Positions 31,776-42,204 are shown, counted from the stretch's first letter. The stretch: 64,000 nucleotides of DNA from an uncultured Gemmatimonadaceae bacterium (GCA_963817955.1 CAWFQK010000004.1:1216001-1280000), one strand, 5' to 3'. The notes: generated by a model from the sequence alone, not told the origin. Numbers and translations are program-made.

Positions 31776-31863
31776 AGATCCTTCGCTGCGCTCAGGATGA
31801 CAGGGATTCGCTCAGGATGACAGGCATGGCTCAAGATGACAGGCTTCGCTCAGGATGACAGGC
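31776..31863. repeat. Four tandem copies of a REP-like GCTCA(G/A)GATGACAGG motif
   Basis: AGATCCTTCGCTGCGCTCAGGATGACA followed by three shorter copies; related motif CCTTCGCTCAGGAGGACAGG at 240-259. Confidence 0.85.
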
Positions 31864-31900
31864 CACGATCTTCGCAGCCGGGTAACCGATTGCTAGCGAT

Positions 31901-33409
31901 TCACTCGTAAGTCAACGGTCTGTCAAGCCCCGCCATCAGCCGCAGCAGCCCGCGTTGCGTCGCGCTGCCGCCGGCCACCTCGCCAACGAGATCCCCGGAT
32001 CGCAAGACGAGAATCCGCGTCGACAACCGCAGCAATTCCGGGAGCTCGCTCGAGATCAGGAGCACGCCGGCGCCGGCGCGCACCAACTCGAGAATGAGAC
32101 GGTGGATCTCTGCCTTCGCGCCGACGTCCACCCCGCGCGTCGGCTCGTCGAGAATCAGCACGCGCGCGTGTGCGGCGAGCCACTTCGCCAACACGATCTT
32201 CTGTTGGTTTCCGCCCGACAGGCCAGCCACCGCCGTATCGACGCTCGGCGTGCGCACACGCAGTCGCGCGAAGTACTCATTCGCGATGGCGCGCTCCGCT
32301 GCGTCCCGCACGAACCCCGCACGCGACACGCGATCGAGGATTGGCAATGACGTGTTGTGCAGTCCGCTCTCCGACAACACGAGTCCCTGCCGTTTGCGAT
32401 CCTCCGGCACGAGACCGATGCCCAGTCGGATTGCGTCCTGAGGCGTGCGAATTTCCGCCGGGAGTCCGTTCACGAACACGTCCCCCTGCGTCGCCGGCTC
32501 GAGACCCATCAATGCACACGCAATCTCCGATCGCCCCGCACCAATGAGTCCCGCCAGCCCGACGATCTCGCCCGCCCGCACCGAGAAGCTGATGTCGCGG
32601 AACTTTCCCGGCGCACCCAAGCCTTCCACTCGCAGCAGCTCCGTTCCAGGTGCCACTGCTGTATCCTGCGGCAGATACTCGGTAATAGGACGCCCGATCA
32701 TCAGTTGCACGAGTTCCGCCTCCGGCATCTCGGCCGCGCCGCGCGTGGCGACGTGCCGTCCGTCGCGCAGCACGCTGATCGTGTCGCACAGCCGGTAGAT
32801 CTCCGGCATGCGATGCGACACGTAGATACACGTCACGCCACGTCCTTTCAGGCGCTCGATCAGATCGTACAAAGCGTCGGCTTCCGCTTGGCTCAGGCTG
32901 GCGGTCGGCTCATCGAACACGATGATGCGTGCGCCGCCGCTCACGGCCGTGGCGATCTGCACGAGCTGCTGCTGCGCGATCGTGAGCTCGTGCATCGAGC
33001 GGCGCACGTCGAGCGTTGCCCCGATTTCGGAGAGCATGGCGGTGGCGCGCCGCTCCATCTCGTCACGCCACACCAATCCACGCCGCGTCGGGATGTCGCC
33101 CAGCAGCAGATTCTCGGCGACGCTCAGGTTGAGGCAGAACGCGAGTTCCTGATGCACCATCCCGACACCGGCGGCAAGGGCGTCCCGGGGGTTGTCAAAC
33201 CGCACTTCGCGGCCGTGCACGAACAGGCGGCCGCCGTCTGGCGTATGAATGCCCGCGAGAATCTTGCCGAGTGTGCTCTTTCCCGCACCGTTCTCGCCAC
33301 AGAGCGCATGGCACGAGCCCTCGGCGACATCGAGCGACACGTCGCTCAGGGCCTGGACCCCGAGAAACCGTTTGCTGATGTGATCGAACCGGACCGCGGG
33401 CTCGCTCAT
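31901..33409 (-). CDS. Monosaccharide ABC transporter ATP-binding protein (RbsA/XylG-like, two NBDs)
   Basis: GENGAGKST, FDEPT, PEDRKRQGL, LSGGNQQK, LDEPTRGVDVGAK. Confidence 0.95.
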   Translation of the reverse strand: MSEPAVRFDHISKRFLGVQALSDVSLDVAEGSCHALCGENGAGKSTLGKILAGIHTPDGGRLFVHGREVRFDNPRDALAAGVGMVHQELAFCLNLSVAENLLLGDIPTRRGLVWRDEMERRATAMLSEIGATLDVRRSMHELTIAQQQLVQIATAVSGGARIIVFDEPTASLSQAEADALYDLIERLKGRGVTCIYVSHRMPEIYRLCDTISVLRDGRHVATRGAAEMPEAELVQLMIGRPITEYLPQDTAVAPGTELLRVEGLGAPGKFRDISFSVRAGEIVGLAGLIGAGRSEIACALMGLEPATQGDVFVNGLPAEIRTPQDAIRLGIGLVPEDRKRQGLVLSESGLHNTSLPILDRVSRAGFVRDAAERAIANEYFARLRVRTPSVDTAVAGLSGGNQQKIVLAKWLAAHARVLILDEPTRGVDVGAKAEIHRLILELVRAGAGVLLISSELPELLRLSTRILVLRSGDLVGEVAGGSATQRGLLRLMAGLDRPLTYE

Positions 33410-33416
33410 GCACCAC

Positions 33417-34445
33417 TCACATCTTGAGGTATTTCTCGTCCACGTCCGTGAATCCCCATGCCTTGAGCTGGCGGCCCCACTCGCCGAGGTTCGCGCGCGT
33501 CACGCGCACGAGCTCCATGGGTATCACCGGCGGCACGTCCTTCTTGAGGTAGACCTTGTCGACGATCGTCTGCACGCCAACGTAGCCCCACTGGTAGACC
33601 GACTGCGCGAGCAGTACGGGCACGATCCCCCTGTCCACGTACACGAGCTCGGCCGGGAGCGCATCCACCGACGCCACCTTGACGCGGGCCGGATTGAGAT
33701 CGGTGAGCAGCGCCTGCGTGAACAACGGCCAGCCGCCGATGAACGCCCAACCCTGAATGTCGGGGTACGCGTTGTTGGCCCTCACCACTTCGGCGGCGGC
33801 GTCCTGCGGCGTTTCTGGGTGATTGAAGACGCCGACGATCTGCATGCCCGGGTATTTGGCCGCTTCTGCCTTGGCCCCTTGCACACGATGCTGCAGGTTC
33901 GGCGCGTTCTGATTGCCGGCAAGAATCGCGACTTTGCCCTTGCCGTTCATCAGCGTCGCCAGCTCGGCCATCGTTTGCTGCCCTGTCTTGACGTCGTCCA
34001 CGCCGTAGTACGCGAATCGCTTCGACTGCGGCGCATCGCTGTCGAACGTCATCACCGGCACTCCGCGATCCACGGCATCGTTGATCGCACCCACCACCTT
34101 CCCGGCGTCAGAACAAGAGATGAGCACCGCATCAGCGCCATCGTTCACGGCCTGCTGAATACGCTGAGCCTGGACCTGTCCGTCTTCCTGCGGAGGCGTG
34201 AGCCAGCGAATCTCAATCTTGATGTGATATTTCTCGCCCAGATCTTTCGCCGCCGCTTCAGCGCCGGTGCGCGCGGCGAGGAACACGGGATTCGTCGAGC
34301 TCTTCGCGATGACAGCAATGCGCAGCGTGCTGTCCTTGCGCGCCATGGCTGTAGCGGCCGGCTTGCCGGCGTCGTTCTTTCCACAGGCCATCGCACCGGC
34401 GGCAAACGCCGCCGTCGCGAGGAGCGAGGTCATTCGAAAGCGCAT
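33417..34445 (-). CDS. Sugar ABC transporter substrate-binding lipoprotein
   Basis: GGAGG RBS, lipobox AMAC, AKSSTNPVF, VPVMTFDSDAP. Confidence 0.92.
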   Translation of the reverse strand: MRFRMTSLLATAAFAAGAMACGKNDAGKPAATAMARKDSTLRIAVIAKSSTNPVFLAARTGAEAAAKDLGEKYHIKIEIRWLTPPQEDGQVQAQRIQQAVNDGADAVLISCSDAGKVVGAINDAVDRGVPVMTFDSDAPQSKRFAYYGVDDVKTGQQTMAELATLMNGKGKVAILAGNQNAPNLQHRVQGAKAEAAKYPGMQIVGVFNHPETPQDAAAEVVRANNAYPDIQGWAFIGGWPLFTQALLTDLNPARVKVASVDALPAELVYVDRGIVPVLLAQSVYQWGYVGVQTIVDKVYLKKDVPPVIPMELVRVTRANLGEWGRQLKAWGFTDVDEKYLKM

Positions 34446-34488
34446 TGGTCCTCCCTTGAGTTTCCACAGTGGTCTTCGTCCCATACCC

Positions 34489-35550
34489 TCACGTGATCGT
34501 CGATGCAGTCGCCGCGCCCCGGCTCAGCCGGCGTGCGGTGACACCGGCACTCCAGCGATCGACGACCACCGCGACGATGATCGCACAACCAATGACGATC
34601 CATTCGTAGTTCTGGTCGAAGTGCAGCGTGCGAATCGACTGGCGAATGAGCACGATCAGCAGCGCCCCCAACGTCGCGCCCAGGGCGCTTCCCTTCCCGC
34701 CGATCAGGCTCGCGCCGCCGACCACCGCCGAGGCAATGACGTATAGCTCATATCCCTGCGCGTCGGCCGACGATGCAGAGCCATAGAAGCTCGCGCCGAG
34801 GAACGCAGCAATTCCTGCCGTCAGCCCCGATACCGCGAACACGCCGAGCTGAATGCGGCCCAACGCGAGTCCGGAGAACCGGCTTGCTTCGATGTTGCCA
34901 CCAAAGGCGAAGATATGGCGGCCCATCACGGTGCGCGTCAGGTAGATCCAACCGAGCACCGTCATCGCGACCATCGTGAGCATCGGCACCGGATAGAGGC
35001 CGCCGCTCAAGCCGAGCGACGTCTTGGTCACGGCGGTGACTGCCGATGGAACCAGGATGCTCTCGGCTTTGGTCGCGACGAATGCGACGCCGCGCAACAC
35101 CCACATCGTGCCGAGCGTGATGATGAACGGGTGCACCTTGAGTCCTATGACAAGCACGCCGTTCAGAATACCGCAGAGCAGGCCGACGCCAATGCATGTC
35201 ACCAGGCCAACGGCGACCGCACCAGCCGGACTCGTCGGCCCGAGCGCGCGGAGGGTGAGCGCCATGGTCACCCCCGCCAGCGCATAGATCGACCCCACGG
35301 ACAGGTCGATTCCGCCCGAGATGATGACGAGCGTCGCGCCAATGGCCATGATGGCGAAGAAACTGGCGTCGGTCGCGGTCTGGATGAGCGTATTGGAATT
35401 CCAGAAGTTGTTCGTCAGGGTGCCGGTCAGCCGATCGGCATGGCTGCCGGCCAGCACCGTGAGCACGAGGACCACGAGGGCCACAACGATGACCAATCCG
35501 GTCTCCTGCGACCCAACGACGCGCCGGACCAATCCACGCAGTGATCTCAT
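34489..35550 (-). CDS. Sugar ABC transporter permease (RbsC-like)
   Basis: VIISGGIDLSVGS, PFIITLG, GYELYVIASAVVGGASL; ATGA overlap with the xylB stop. Confidence 0.93.
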   Translation of the reverse strand: MRSLRGLVRRVVGSQETGLVIVVALVVLVLTVLAGSHADRLTGTLTNNFWNSNTLIQTATDASFFAIMAIGATLVIISGGIDLSVGSIYALAGVTMALTLRALGPTSPAGAVAVGLVTCIGVGLLCGILNGVLVIGLKVHPFIITLGTMWVLRGVAFVATKAESILVPSAVTAVTKTSLGLSGGLYPVPMLTMVAMTVLGWIYLTRTVMGRHIFAFGGNIEASRFSGLALGRIQLGVFAVSGLTAGIAAFLGASFYGSASSADAQGYELYVIASAVVGGASLIGGKGSALGATLGALLIVLIRQSIRTLHFDQNYEWIVIGCAIIVAVVVDRWSAGVTARRLSRGAATASTIT

Positions 35551-37025
35551 GCTCGATAGCTCGCCCGAAAGCGGGCATACGGGGCGTCGTAGGCACGATG
35601 CGCATCCGGACTCGGCGATCCCCCCGACCGGCGGCACAACGTGGCGCGTGCCGCCGCGCCGAGGTCCGGGAACGCGCCAGTGCCGACGGCGGCGAGCAAC
35701 GCTGCCCCGTACGCTGGACCTTCCTCTCGATCGACGGTGACCACCGGCAGCCCGAACACCTCGGCCTGCAACTGCCGTAAGAAGGGGCTCCGCGCGCCAC
35801 CGCCGGTGAGCAGCAGGTGGTCGGGTGAAACGCCCAGGGACTGCAAGATCGACAGCGCGTCGCGGAGCGCGAAACAGATTCCCTCGAGCACCGCGCGACT
35901 GAGATGGGCGCGCGTATGCGCGAGACTCAGTCCGAGAAAGGCCCCGCGGGCCGCGGCATTGCGGTGCGGCGTCCGCTCACCCTGGAGATACGGCAGAAAT
36001 GTCACGCCATCGGCGCCACGCGGAACCGTCGCCGCTTCGTCGTCGAGCAGCGCACCCGCGTGGGGTTGGGCGGCGACGTCGCGGGCGAGTTGATCCCGAT
36101 ACCAGGCAAACGCGCCGCCGGCACTGAGCACGACACCCATGAGATACCAGACGTTCGGCACCACGTGACAGAACGTGTGCGCGCGCAAATTCGGATCGAC
36201 CCGTGGCTCCGCGAGCGGTGCGAGCAGCGTACCCGATGTCCCCCAGCTCGCGACGGCTTCACCCGGCGCGACCACGCCAACGCCCGCAGCGCCGCATGCA
36301 TTGTCCGCGCCGCCACCGACCACCGGAGTGCCTTGGGCAAGTCCGGACGCCTGCGCGCCGGCCGCGTGAACGTGCCCGAGCACCTCTGATGAACCACCGA
36401 CTGACGGCAGCAGAGCCATGTTCAGCCGGACCGCGTCGAGAACTTCGGTGCTCCAGCGGAGACGCGCCGTGTCGTACATCAGCGTGGCCGAGGCGTCGGA
36501 TGGCTCGGTCGCCAGCTCGCCGGTCAGGCGGTAGCGAATGTAATCCTTGGCCAGGACAACGGTGGCCAGCCGCGCAAACGCGGCCGGCTCGTGTCTGCGC
36601 AGCCAGAGCACCTTTGGCAGCGTGAAGCCCTCGAGTGCTGCATTCGAGGTGAGATCGCGCAAACGCGCCTCACCGCCCACCGCCGTCTCGATTTCGCGGC
36701 ACTCCGCCGTCGTGCGTCCGTCGCACCAGAGCAGCGCCGGACGAATGACGGCGCCGCGCCGATCGAGAAACACCGAGGAGTGCATCTGTCCGGCTATGCC
36801 CACGCCGGCGATGTGTCCCGACGGCTGCTGCTCGCGTACCGCACGAATGGATGCGACGCTCGCCTCCCACCAGGCATCGGGATGCTGTTCTGCCCATCCC
36901 GGGCAGGGCGTCGAGAGCGAAAGGGCCGTCGTGGCAGCGGCCACGACGTCTCCCGACGCCCGGACGAGCACCGCCTTCACGCCGCTCGTTCCCACATCCA
37001 GTCCGAGAAACAGCGCGTCGGTCAC
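35547..37025 (-). CDS. xylB: Xylulokinase (FGGY kinase)
   Basis: LGLDVGTSGVK, GQMH, LLWCDGRT, GGADNA, SWGTSG, PYLQGERTP, TGGGARS. Confidence 0.9.
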   Translation of the reverse strand: MTDALFLGLDVGTSGVKAVLVRASGDVVAAATTALSLSTPCPGWAEQHPDAWWEASVASIRAVREQQPSGHIAGVGIAGQMHSSVFLDRRGAVIRPALLWCDGRTTAECREIETAVGGEARLRDLTSNAALEGFTLPKVLWLRRHEPAAFARLATVVLAKDYIRYRLTGELATEPSDASATLMYDTARLRWSTEVLDAVRLNMALLPSVGGSSEVLGHVHAAGAQASGLAQGTPVVGGGADNACGAAGVGVVAPGEAVASWGTSGTLLAPLAEPRVDPNLRAHTFCHVVPNVWYLMGVVLSAGGAFAWYRDQLARDVAAQPHAGALLDDEAATVPRGADGVTFLPYLQGERTPHRNAAARGAFLGLSLAHTRAHLSRAVLEGICFALRDALSILQSLGVSPDHLLLTGGGARSPFLRQLQAEVFGLPVVTVDREEGPAYGAALLAAVGTGAFPDLGAAARATLCRRSGGSPSPDAHRAYDAPYARFRASYRA

Positions 37026-37204
37026 CTGGTACTGCAGTCGAATGTGTTCATTGGCCAGTCGAACGTGGCGTCCCGCGCCTGGTGAGGATCCGCCGGCGTG
37101 GCCGGATTCGTCTCGTCATCCTACAGCCCGACGCGGCACGCCGCCAGCTTTGTCCCGTTTCGCGCCGGCGCTGCGCGCCGGACCAACTCAGTTAGACTTC
37201 GCGC

Positions 37205-38635
37205 ATGCCTCGTCAGGCCATTGCGCAGCGCCAGCTGCTGGAAGGTCCCATTCTCCGTTCGCTGCTCACGCTCGCGGTGCCAATCGCGCTGGCGAACGTG
37301 CTGCAGGCGGCGTATCAAGTCATCGATGCATTCTGGGTTGGGCGGCTCGGCGGCAGCGCCGTTGCCGCCGTATCGGTGTCGGCGCCGCTCCTGTTTCTGA
37401 CGATCGGGCTCGGCGCGGGCCTGGCCATTGCCGGCTCGACGCTCATCGCCCAGTACTTCGGCGCGAGAAACCAGCACATGGTGGACCATGTCGCCGCGCA
37501 GACGCTGCTCATGGTCGTCTTGATCTCGGTGCTCCTGGGCGCCATCGGGTACGCCGCAACGCCATCGATTCTGCACCTGATGGGCGTCGCGCCGGACGTG
37601 TATGCCGGGGCCGTCGGCTTCATGCGCGTGTCGTTCGTCGGCATCGTGTTCAACTTCTTCTTCTTCATGTTCCAATCGCTGATGCGCGGCGTCGGCGAAG
37701 CAAAGCTGCCGGTGTTCATCGTCCTCGGCACGGTCCTCCTCAATTTCATCCTCGACCCACTGTTCATTTTTGGGGCAGGACCCATCCCCGCACTCGGGGT
37801 GATGGGGGCCGCGCTGGCGACGATGGGAACGCAGAGTCTCGCGGCGATCATCGGACTCGTCGTCCTGCTCCGCGGCCGATACAGCATTCATCTCGTGTGG
37901 CGCGACTTCGTTCCCGACCCGACGTACATCAAGCGCGCGTTCCTGCTCGGATTTCCGGCGTCGATCGAACAATCCGCTCGCGCGCTCGGCATCACGGTGC
38001 TGACCTTTCTCATCACCAGCTTCGGCACGCTCACCGTGGCGGCGTACGGCGTCGGATCGACGCTGTTGCAGGTCGTCATGATCCCGGCCATGGGCGTGTC
38101 GATGGCCGTGTCGGCGCTCGTGGGGCAGAACATCGGGGCAGGCAATGTCGAGCGCGCCAGTCAGATCGGACGCCTCGGGTCCTGGATGGGATTCTGGCTG
38201 CTCAGCGCGCTCGGCGTGATCGCGTTCGCCTTCGCCCCGCAACTCGTGGCGTTCTTCGTTCCCACTGACGCCGGGGTCATTGCCGAGGGGTCCATCTACC
38301 TGCGCACGATGGCGCTCTCGTGGGGATTCCTGGGCGCCCAGTTCTCCATGACCGGCGTGCTCCGCGCATCGGGCAACATGGTCGAGACGATGATGCTCTC
38401 GCTCGTGTCCCAGTGGGTGCTGCAGTTTCCGCTCGCTTACGTGCTCTCCAGACATACCACGCTACACGCACACGGCATCTGGTGGGCGTTCCCGATCTCG
38501 AATATTCTCATGGCCGGCATCACCGTTGCCGTCTATGCCAGGGGCGATTGGAAACGCACACGGCTGACGGGTCCGGAGGAGATACTCGAGGAGCGCGTGT
38601 CGAGCGAAATATTGGCCGAAGAGGGAATCCGGTAG
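37205..38635 (+). CDS. MATE family efflux transporter
   Basis: LLEGPILRSL..LAVP, IDAFWVGRLG, NFILDPLFIFG, GQNIGAG; about 12 TMs. Confidence 0.93.
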   Translation: MPRQAIAQRQLLEGPILRSLLTLAVPIALANVLQAAYQVIDAFWVGRLGGSAVAAVSVSAPLLFLTIGLGAGLAIAGSTLIAQYFGARNQHMVDHVAAQTLLMVVLISVLLGAIGYAATPSILHLMGVAPDVYAGAVGFMRVSFVGIVFNFFFFMFQSLMRGVGEAKLPVFIVLGTVLLNFILDPLFIFGAGPIPALGVMGAALATMGTQSLAAIIGLVVLLRGRYSIHLVWRDFVPDPTYIKRAFLLGFPASIEQSARALGITVLTFLITSFGTLTVAAYGVGSTLLQVVMIPAMGVSMAVSALVGQNIGAGNVERASQIGRLGSWMGFWLLSALGVIAFAFAPQLVAFFVPTDAGVIAEGSIYLRTMALSWGFLGAQFSMTGVLRASGNMVETMMLSLVSQWVLQFPLAYVLSRHTTLHAHGIWWAFPISNILMAGITVAVYARGDWKRTRLTGPEEILEERVSSEILAEEGIR

Positions 38636-38651
38636 AGCGCGGCCCGAACGA

Positions 38652-38816
38652 CTACGACCCGCGCCGCCCCGATTTCGACGACGTCGAATGCGGCTTCACG
38701 ATCGGCGTGCGCGGCGTCGTAGGCGCAGACGTCGCGGGCTTCTGGCCGGCCGGTGTGGCCGCCGCCGGACGCTTGCGCGAGAAATCAGGAATGGAACGGT
38801 TGCCATTCTTCTTCAT
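38652..38816 (-). CDS. Small basic protein (54 aa), not in the ORF track
   Basis: GGGAGG RBS 4 nt before ATG; MKKNGNRSIPDFSRKRPAAATPAGQKPATSAPTTPRTPIVKPHSTSSKSGRRGS. Confidence 0.7.
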   Translation of the reverse strand: MKKNGNRSIPDFSRKRPAAATPAGQKPATSAPTTPRTPIVKPHSTSSKSGRRGS

Positions 38817-38898
38817 ATAGCCTCCCGGCTGATGACGCCGGCTTCCGCAGCCGACGCCTCATGAATAATAGCAGGCCTGGATGGTGCCCCGTACATTC

Positions 38899-39135
38899 TC
38901 AGTCCAACTCTTCCTCTGGCCGGGGCGTCTCGGGCTCGGTCTCGATCGTCGGACGCCGACCTGCATACCCGGGTACGGTTCCCCAGTCGCGCGGCGGCTC
39001 CGTCGGATGGATCGGGCCGCTCGCATCCCACGCGCCTTCGCGCTCGCGCCGGCGTGCGAACCGATTTGCCGCGATGACCATCGCCGCCCCGAGCAGCACG
39101 AGGGCGACCAACACCAGGCCGAAACGAAGAAGCAT
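38899..39135 (-). CDS. Small single-TM hypothetical protein
   Basis: MLLRFGLVLVALVLLGAAMVIAA TM followed by RRREREGAWD..GP.HPT. Confidence 0.6.
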   Translation of the reverse strand: MLLRFGLVLVALVLLGAAMVIAANRFARRREREGAWDASGPIHPTEPPRDWGTVPGYAGRRPTIETEPETPRPEEELD

Positions 39136-39157
39136 CTGGCGAATATACTGCGTAAAT

Positions 39158-39178
39158 GAGACACGGGACACGGGACAC
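39158..39178. repeat. Heptamer run GAGACAC(GGGACAC)2 between divergent genes
   Basis: Read directly from the sequence. Confidence 0.8.
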
Positions 39179-39198
39179 GTATCCCCTTAGCTTCCTGC

Positions 39199-40257
39199 AT
39201 GACGTTTCTCGTCTACGGTGCCAACGGGTACACGGGCCGCCTCATTGCCGAGCGCGCGGCTGTGACTGGCGAACGCCCGATACTTGCCGGCCGTAGTGCC
39301 ACAGCAATCGCCCAGCTCGCCGAGCAGTACGGCTTCGAGCATCGCGTGTTCTCACTGGATTCGCCGGCGCAGATTGCGCGCTCGCTTCAGGGTGTGAGCG
39401 CCGTGTTGCTCGCGGCAGGACCATTTTCTGCGACCAGCGGGCCGATGCTCGAGGCGTGCATCATGGCACACATCCATTACCTCGACATCACGGGAGAGAT
39501 TCCGGTGTTCGAGCGCTGCTTTGCCGAGAGCGCACGCGCCGCGGCCGCGGGCGTGGTTGTGATGCCGGGCGTGGGATTCGACGTCGTACCCTCCGATTGT
39601 CTCGCCGCGACCCTGGCCCAGGCCCTCCCGGGCGCCACGACGCTGGAGCTCGCCTTCGCGAGCGTCGGCCCACAGGGCCCTCAGGTGAGCCGCGGTACGG
39701 CGAAAACAATGCTGTCGGGGGCTGGCCAAGGCGGCGCCATCCGCAAATCCGGTCGCATTCGGCGTGTACCACTCGGCTGGCGCATGCGCCGCGTGCCATT
39801 CCGCGACCGCGAGCGAAACGCTGTTTCCATTCCCTGGGGCGACGTTGCCACGGCGTATCACTCGACGGGCATTCCGAACATCGTCGTGTACACGGCAATG
39901 TCGCGCCACCAGATCCGCGCCTTGAGAATTGTCCGTCTTCTCGCGCCGCTCGCTCGCCTTGGTGCCGTACGACGGCTCGTCATGCGACGCATCGAGCGCG
40001 GAGCTCCCGGTCCGAACGCCGAGGCCCGGCGCACCGGATCAGCCCAGCTCTGGGGACGTGCCTGTGATGCCGCCGGAGAATGCGTCGAGGCCACGCTGGT
40101 GACGCCCGAAAGTTATCGGCTGACCGCGGAGACAGCGGTCGAATCGGCACGACGCATCGTTGCCGGTGGCGTGGAACCTGGATTCCGCACGCCGTCACTG
40201 GCGTTTGGTGCGAGTTACATCACAGAGTTTGACGGGTGCGATTTGCGCGTGGGTTGA
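39199..40257 (+). CDS. Saccharopine dehydrogenase-like oxidoreductase
   Basis: YGANGYTG, LAGR, AGPF, HYLDITGE, GFDVVPSDCLA. Confidence 0.9.
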   Translation: MTFLVYGANGYTGRLIAERAAVTGERPILAGRSATAIAQLAEQYGFEHRVFSLDSPAQIARSLQGVSAVLLAAGPFSATSGPMLEACIMAHIHYLDITGEIPVFERCFAESARAAAAGVVVMPGVGFDVVPSDCLAATLAQALPGATTLELAFASVGPQGPQVSRGTAKTMLSGAGQGGAIRKSGRIRRVPLGWRMRRVPFRDRERNAVSIPWGDVATAYHSTGIPNIVVYTAMSRHQIRALRIVRLLAPLARLGAVRRLVMRRIERGAPGPNAEARRTGSAQLWGRACDAAGECVEATLVTPESYRLTAETAVESARRIVAGGVEPGFRTPSLAFGASYITEFDGCDLRVG

Positions 40258-40315
40258 CGTGGAGGGTGGGCGACCGCCGGCCGCGCAGACGCCGAATCGC
40301 AATCCAAGCGCGTCT

Positions 40316-41710
40316 TCAGGACTGCGATTCTGCACTACTCCATGATTCCTCGAACATTCGGCTGCAATTCCGACCCGCGCTTTTCGCCGCATAGAGCGCC
40401 AGATCCGCGCGGTGGATGAGACGCTCCAGCGAATCTTCCGCCGGCGCAATTTCGGCGACCCCCGCGCTGACGGTCAGCCGCACCTTCTGGCCGTCCGCTT
40501 CGTGCCGGCACCCCGCCACCTTCTGCCGAATGTCTTCAGCCGCGGCGAATGCGTCCTGGACGCCGGTGTTCGGAAGCAGCAGGATGAACTCCTCGCCACC
40601 GTACCTCGCGAGCACGTCAGCCTGGCGTGATCGTTCACGCGCGATCTGCGCCACGCGCGTCAGCAAGGTGTCTCCCGCCTGGTGGCCGAAGACATCATTG
40701 ATCAATTTGAAATTGTCGATGTCGAACATCACCACCGCGAGGGGCGTACTGTATCGCTGCGCCACGGTGAACAGGTGCGTCCCCAGGTCGAAGAACTGAC
40801 GGCGATTGCACAGGCCCGTGAGCTCATCCGTGCGGGCCATGCGCTGCTCGCGATCCAATATTTCCTCGAGCTCGCGGTTGACCGCGTCGACCTCGGCGTT
40901 CGCCTCGATCAGCTCCTGCTCCATGGCCGTGCGGGCCGTGATGTCCTGATTGACCAGGACCGCGCCCGTGATCTTTCCGTCGGGGTCGCGGAGCGGTATG
41001 GCCGAGTTGAGTATGATCTTGCTGGTTCCGTCGAAACACTCGATTCTGATTTCCTCATCGATCGAGGTCTGACCCTTCTGAATGGCGCGGGCCGCAGCCC
41101 ATTCTTCCGCCGCGATCCGGCGGCCGCTGTGCAACCACCAGCCTCTGTACTCGCCGAACTGCTTCGGCCCCACGTAGCGCGCCCCCGCCCAGATCTTCTG
41201 TCCGGCGAAATTGCCGTGAACGATCTGTCCCTCCTGATTCAAAATCCAGACGCCGACCGGCAAGGCCTCGAGAACGCCGCGTAGCGTCTTTTCAGTGTCC
41301 TGCAGCGCGGCCTGCGCCTGCTTCTGCGCGGTGATGTCTTCATGCACCACCACGACGTACGGCGCCCCTTTGTCGACGAAGCGCGTCGCGTCGAGCTTGA
41401 ACCAGCTTTGCGCGGTAGGAGAGTGGCAGGGGTATTCGACGGAGAATCCGGTTCGTTCGCCGGACAACAGATCGCGAATTCCGTGCAGCACCGTCTGGGC
41501 AACGACATCGTGTTCGTCGGTGGCCGCGCGTTCGCACACCGCCAGGTAGCTCGCGCCGAGATACGCAGTCTTGTCGTTTGCGCCGTTCTCGCTGGCGAAA
41601 CGCTTCCATGCGTCATTGACGGCAACAATGCACCCGCTCGCGTCCAGCACGGCGACGCTCGTCGTGAGGGAGTTCAGCACACCGTTGGCGAAACTCTGCG
41701 TCACGCGCAA
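40316..41710 (-). CDS. PAS-PAS diguanylate cyclase
   Basis: TDELTGLCNRR, DIDNFKLINDVFGHQAGD, RQAD I-site, GGEEF. Confidence 0.93.
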   Translation of the reverse strand: MRVTQSFANGVLNSLTTSVAVLDASGCIVAVNDAWKRFASENGANDKTAYLGASYLAVCERAATDEHDVVAQTVLHGIRDLLSGERTGFSVEYPCHSPTAQSWFKLDATRFVDKGAPYVVVVHEDITAQKQAQAALQDTEKTLRGVLEALPVGVWILNQEGQIVHGNFAGQKIWAGARYVGPKQFGEYRGWWLHSGRRIAAEEWAAARAIQKGQTSIDEEIRIECFDGTSKIILNSAIPLRDPDGKITGAVLVNQDITARTAMEQELIEANAEVDAVNRELEEILDREQRMARTDELTGLCNRRQFFDLGTHLFTVAQRYSTPLAVVMFDIDNFKLINDVFGHQAGDTLLTRVAQIARERSRQADVLARYGGEEFILLLPNTGVQDAFAAAEDIRQKVAGCRHEADGQKVRLTVSAGVAEIAPAEDSLERLIHRADLALYAAKSAGRNCSRMFEESWSSAESQS

Positions 41711-41853
41711 AACGCCCTCCGGCTAGGTCAGCGGTCATGAGCACTTCTAGATGCACCGGACACGGCCGTTGAGCAAGACGGGAATCGAGAACTCGCGCGG
41801 GCTTCCTTACCGGTGTGAAACTGGGAATACACCCGACAGGCAGAGCGGCCAGA

Positions 41854-42204
41854 TCACCGGCCAGAGCGAATGTACCGCGAGACAACTTCACGCGCGGCCG
41901 GCAGGTACGCCGACACGGGTGACGACGACCCATCCAGCGCTGGGGAGTGCTGGTACAGCAGGTCGGCGACATCGCGGAAGAGGACATCGATCTTCTGGTG
42001 GCGCGCGACACATGCCCTGAGGACCATCGGAAGCATCACGACCGCCTGCTCGAAACCCTCATCGCCAACGGCGCGGAACCCGATGTCGCCAAGCGCTTGC
42101 CGAGCCGCCCGGTCGGCGGCGTGACTATCCCCTTGCGTCGCAAGCGCTTTGTCCGCCTCAACTCGCGCGCGCAACAGTTCATATGTGAGTGCGGTCATCG
42201 TCAA
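41854..42204 (-). CDS. Hypothetical helical protein
   Basis: 116-aa ORF with protein-like composition; start 42204 or 42198. Confidence 0.55.
   Translation of the reverse strand: MTMTALTYELLRARVEADKALATQGDSHAADRAARQALGDIGFRAVGDEGFEQAVVMLPMVLRACVARHQKIDVLFRDVADLLYQHSPALDGSSSPVSAYLPAAREVVSRYIRSGR

Noticed and set aside
31901..37025. xylB plus sugar ABC operon lacking xylA as a novelty
   Set aside because: An ordinary arrangement; the isomerase or dehydrogenase may be elsewhere in the genome.
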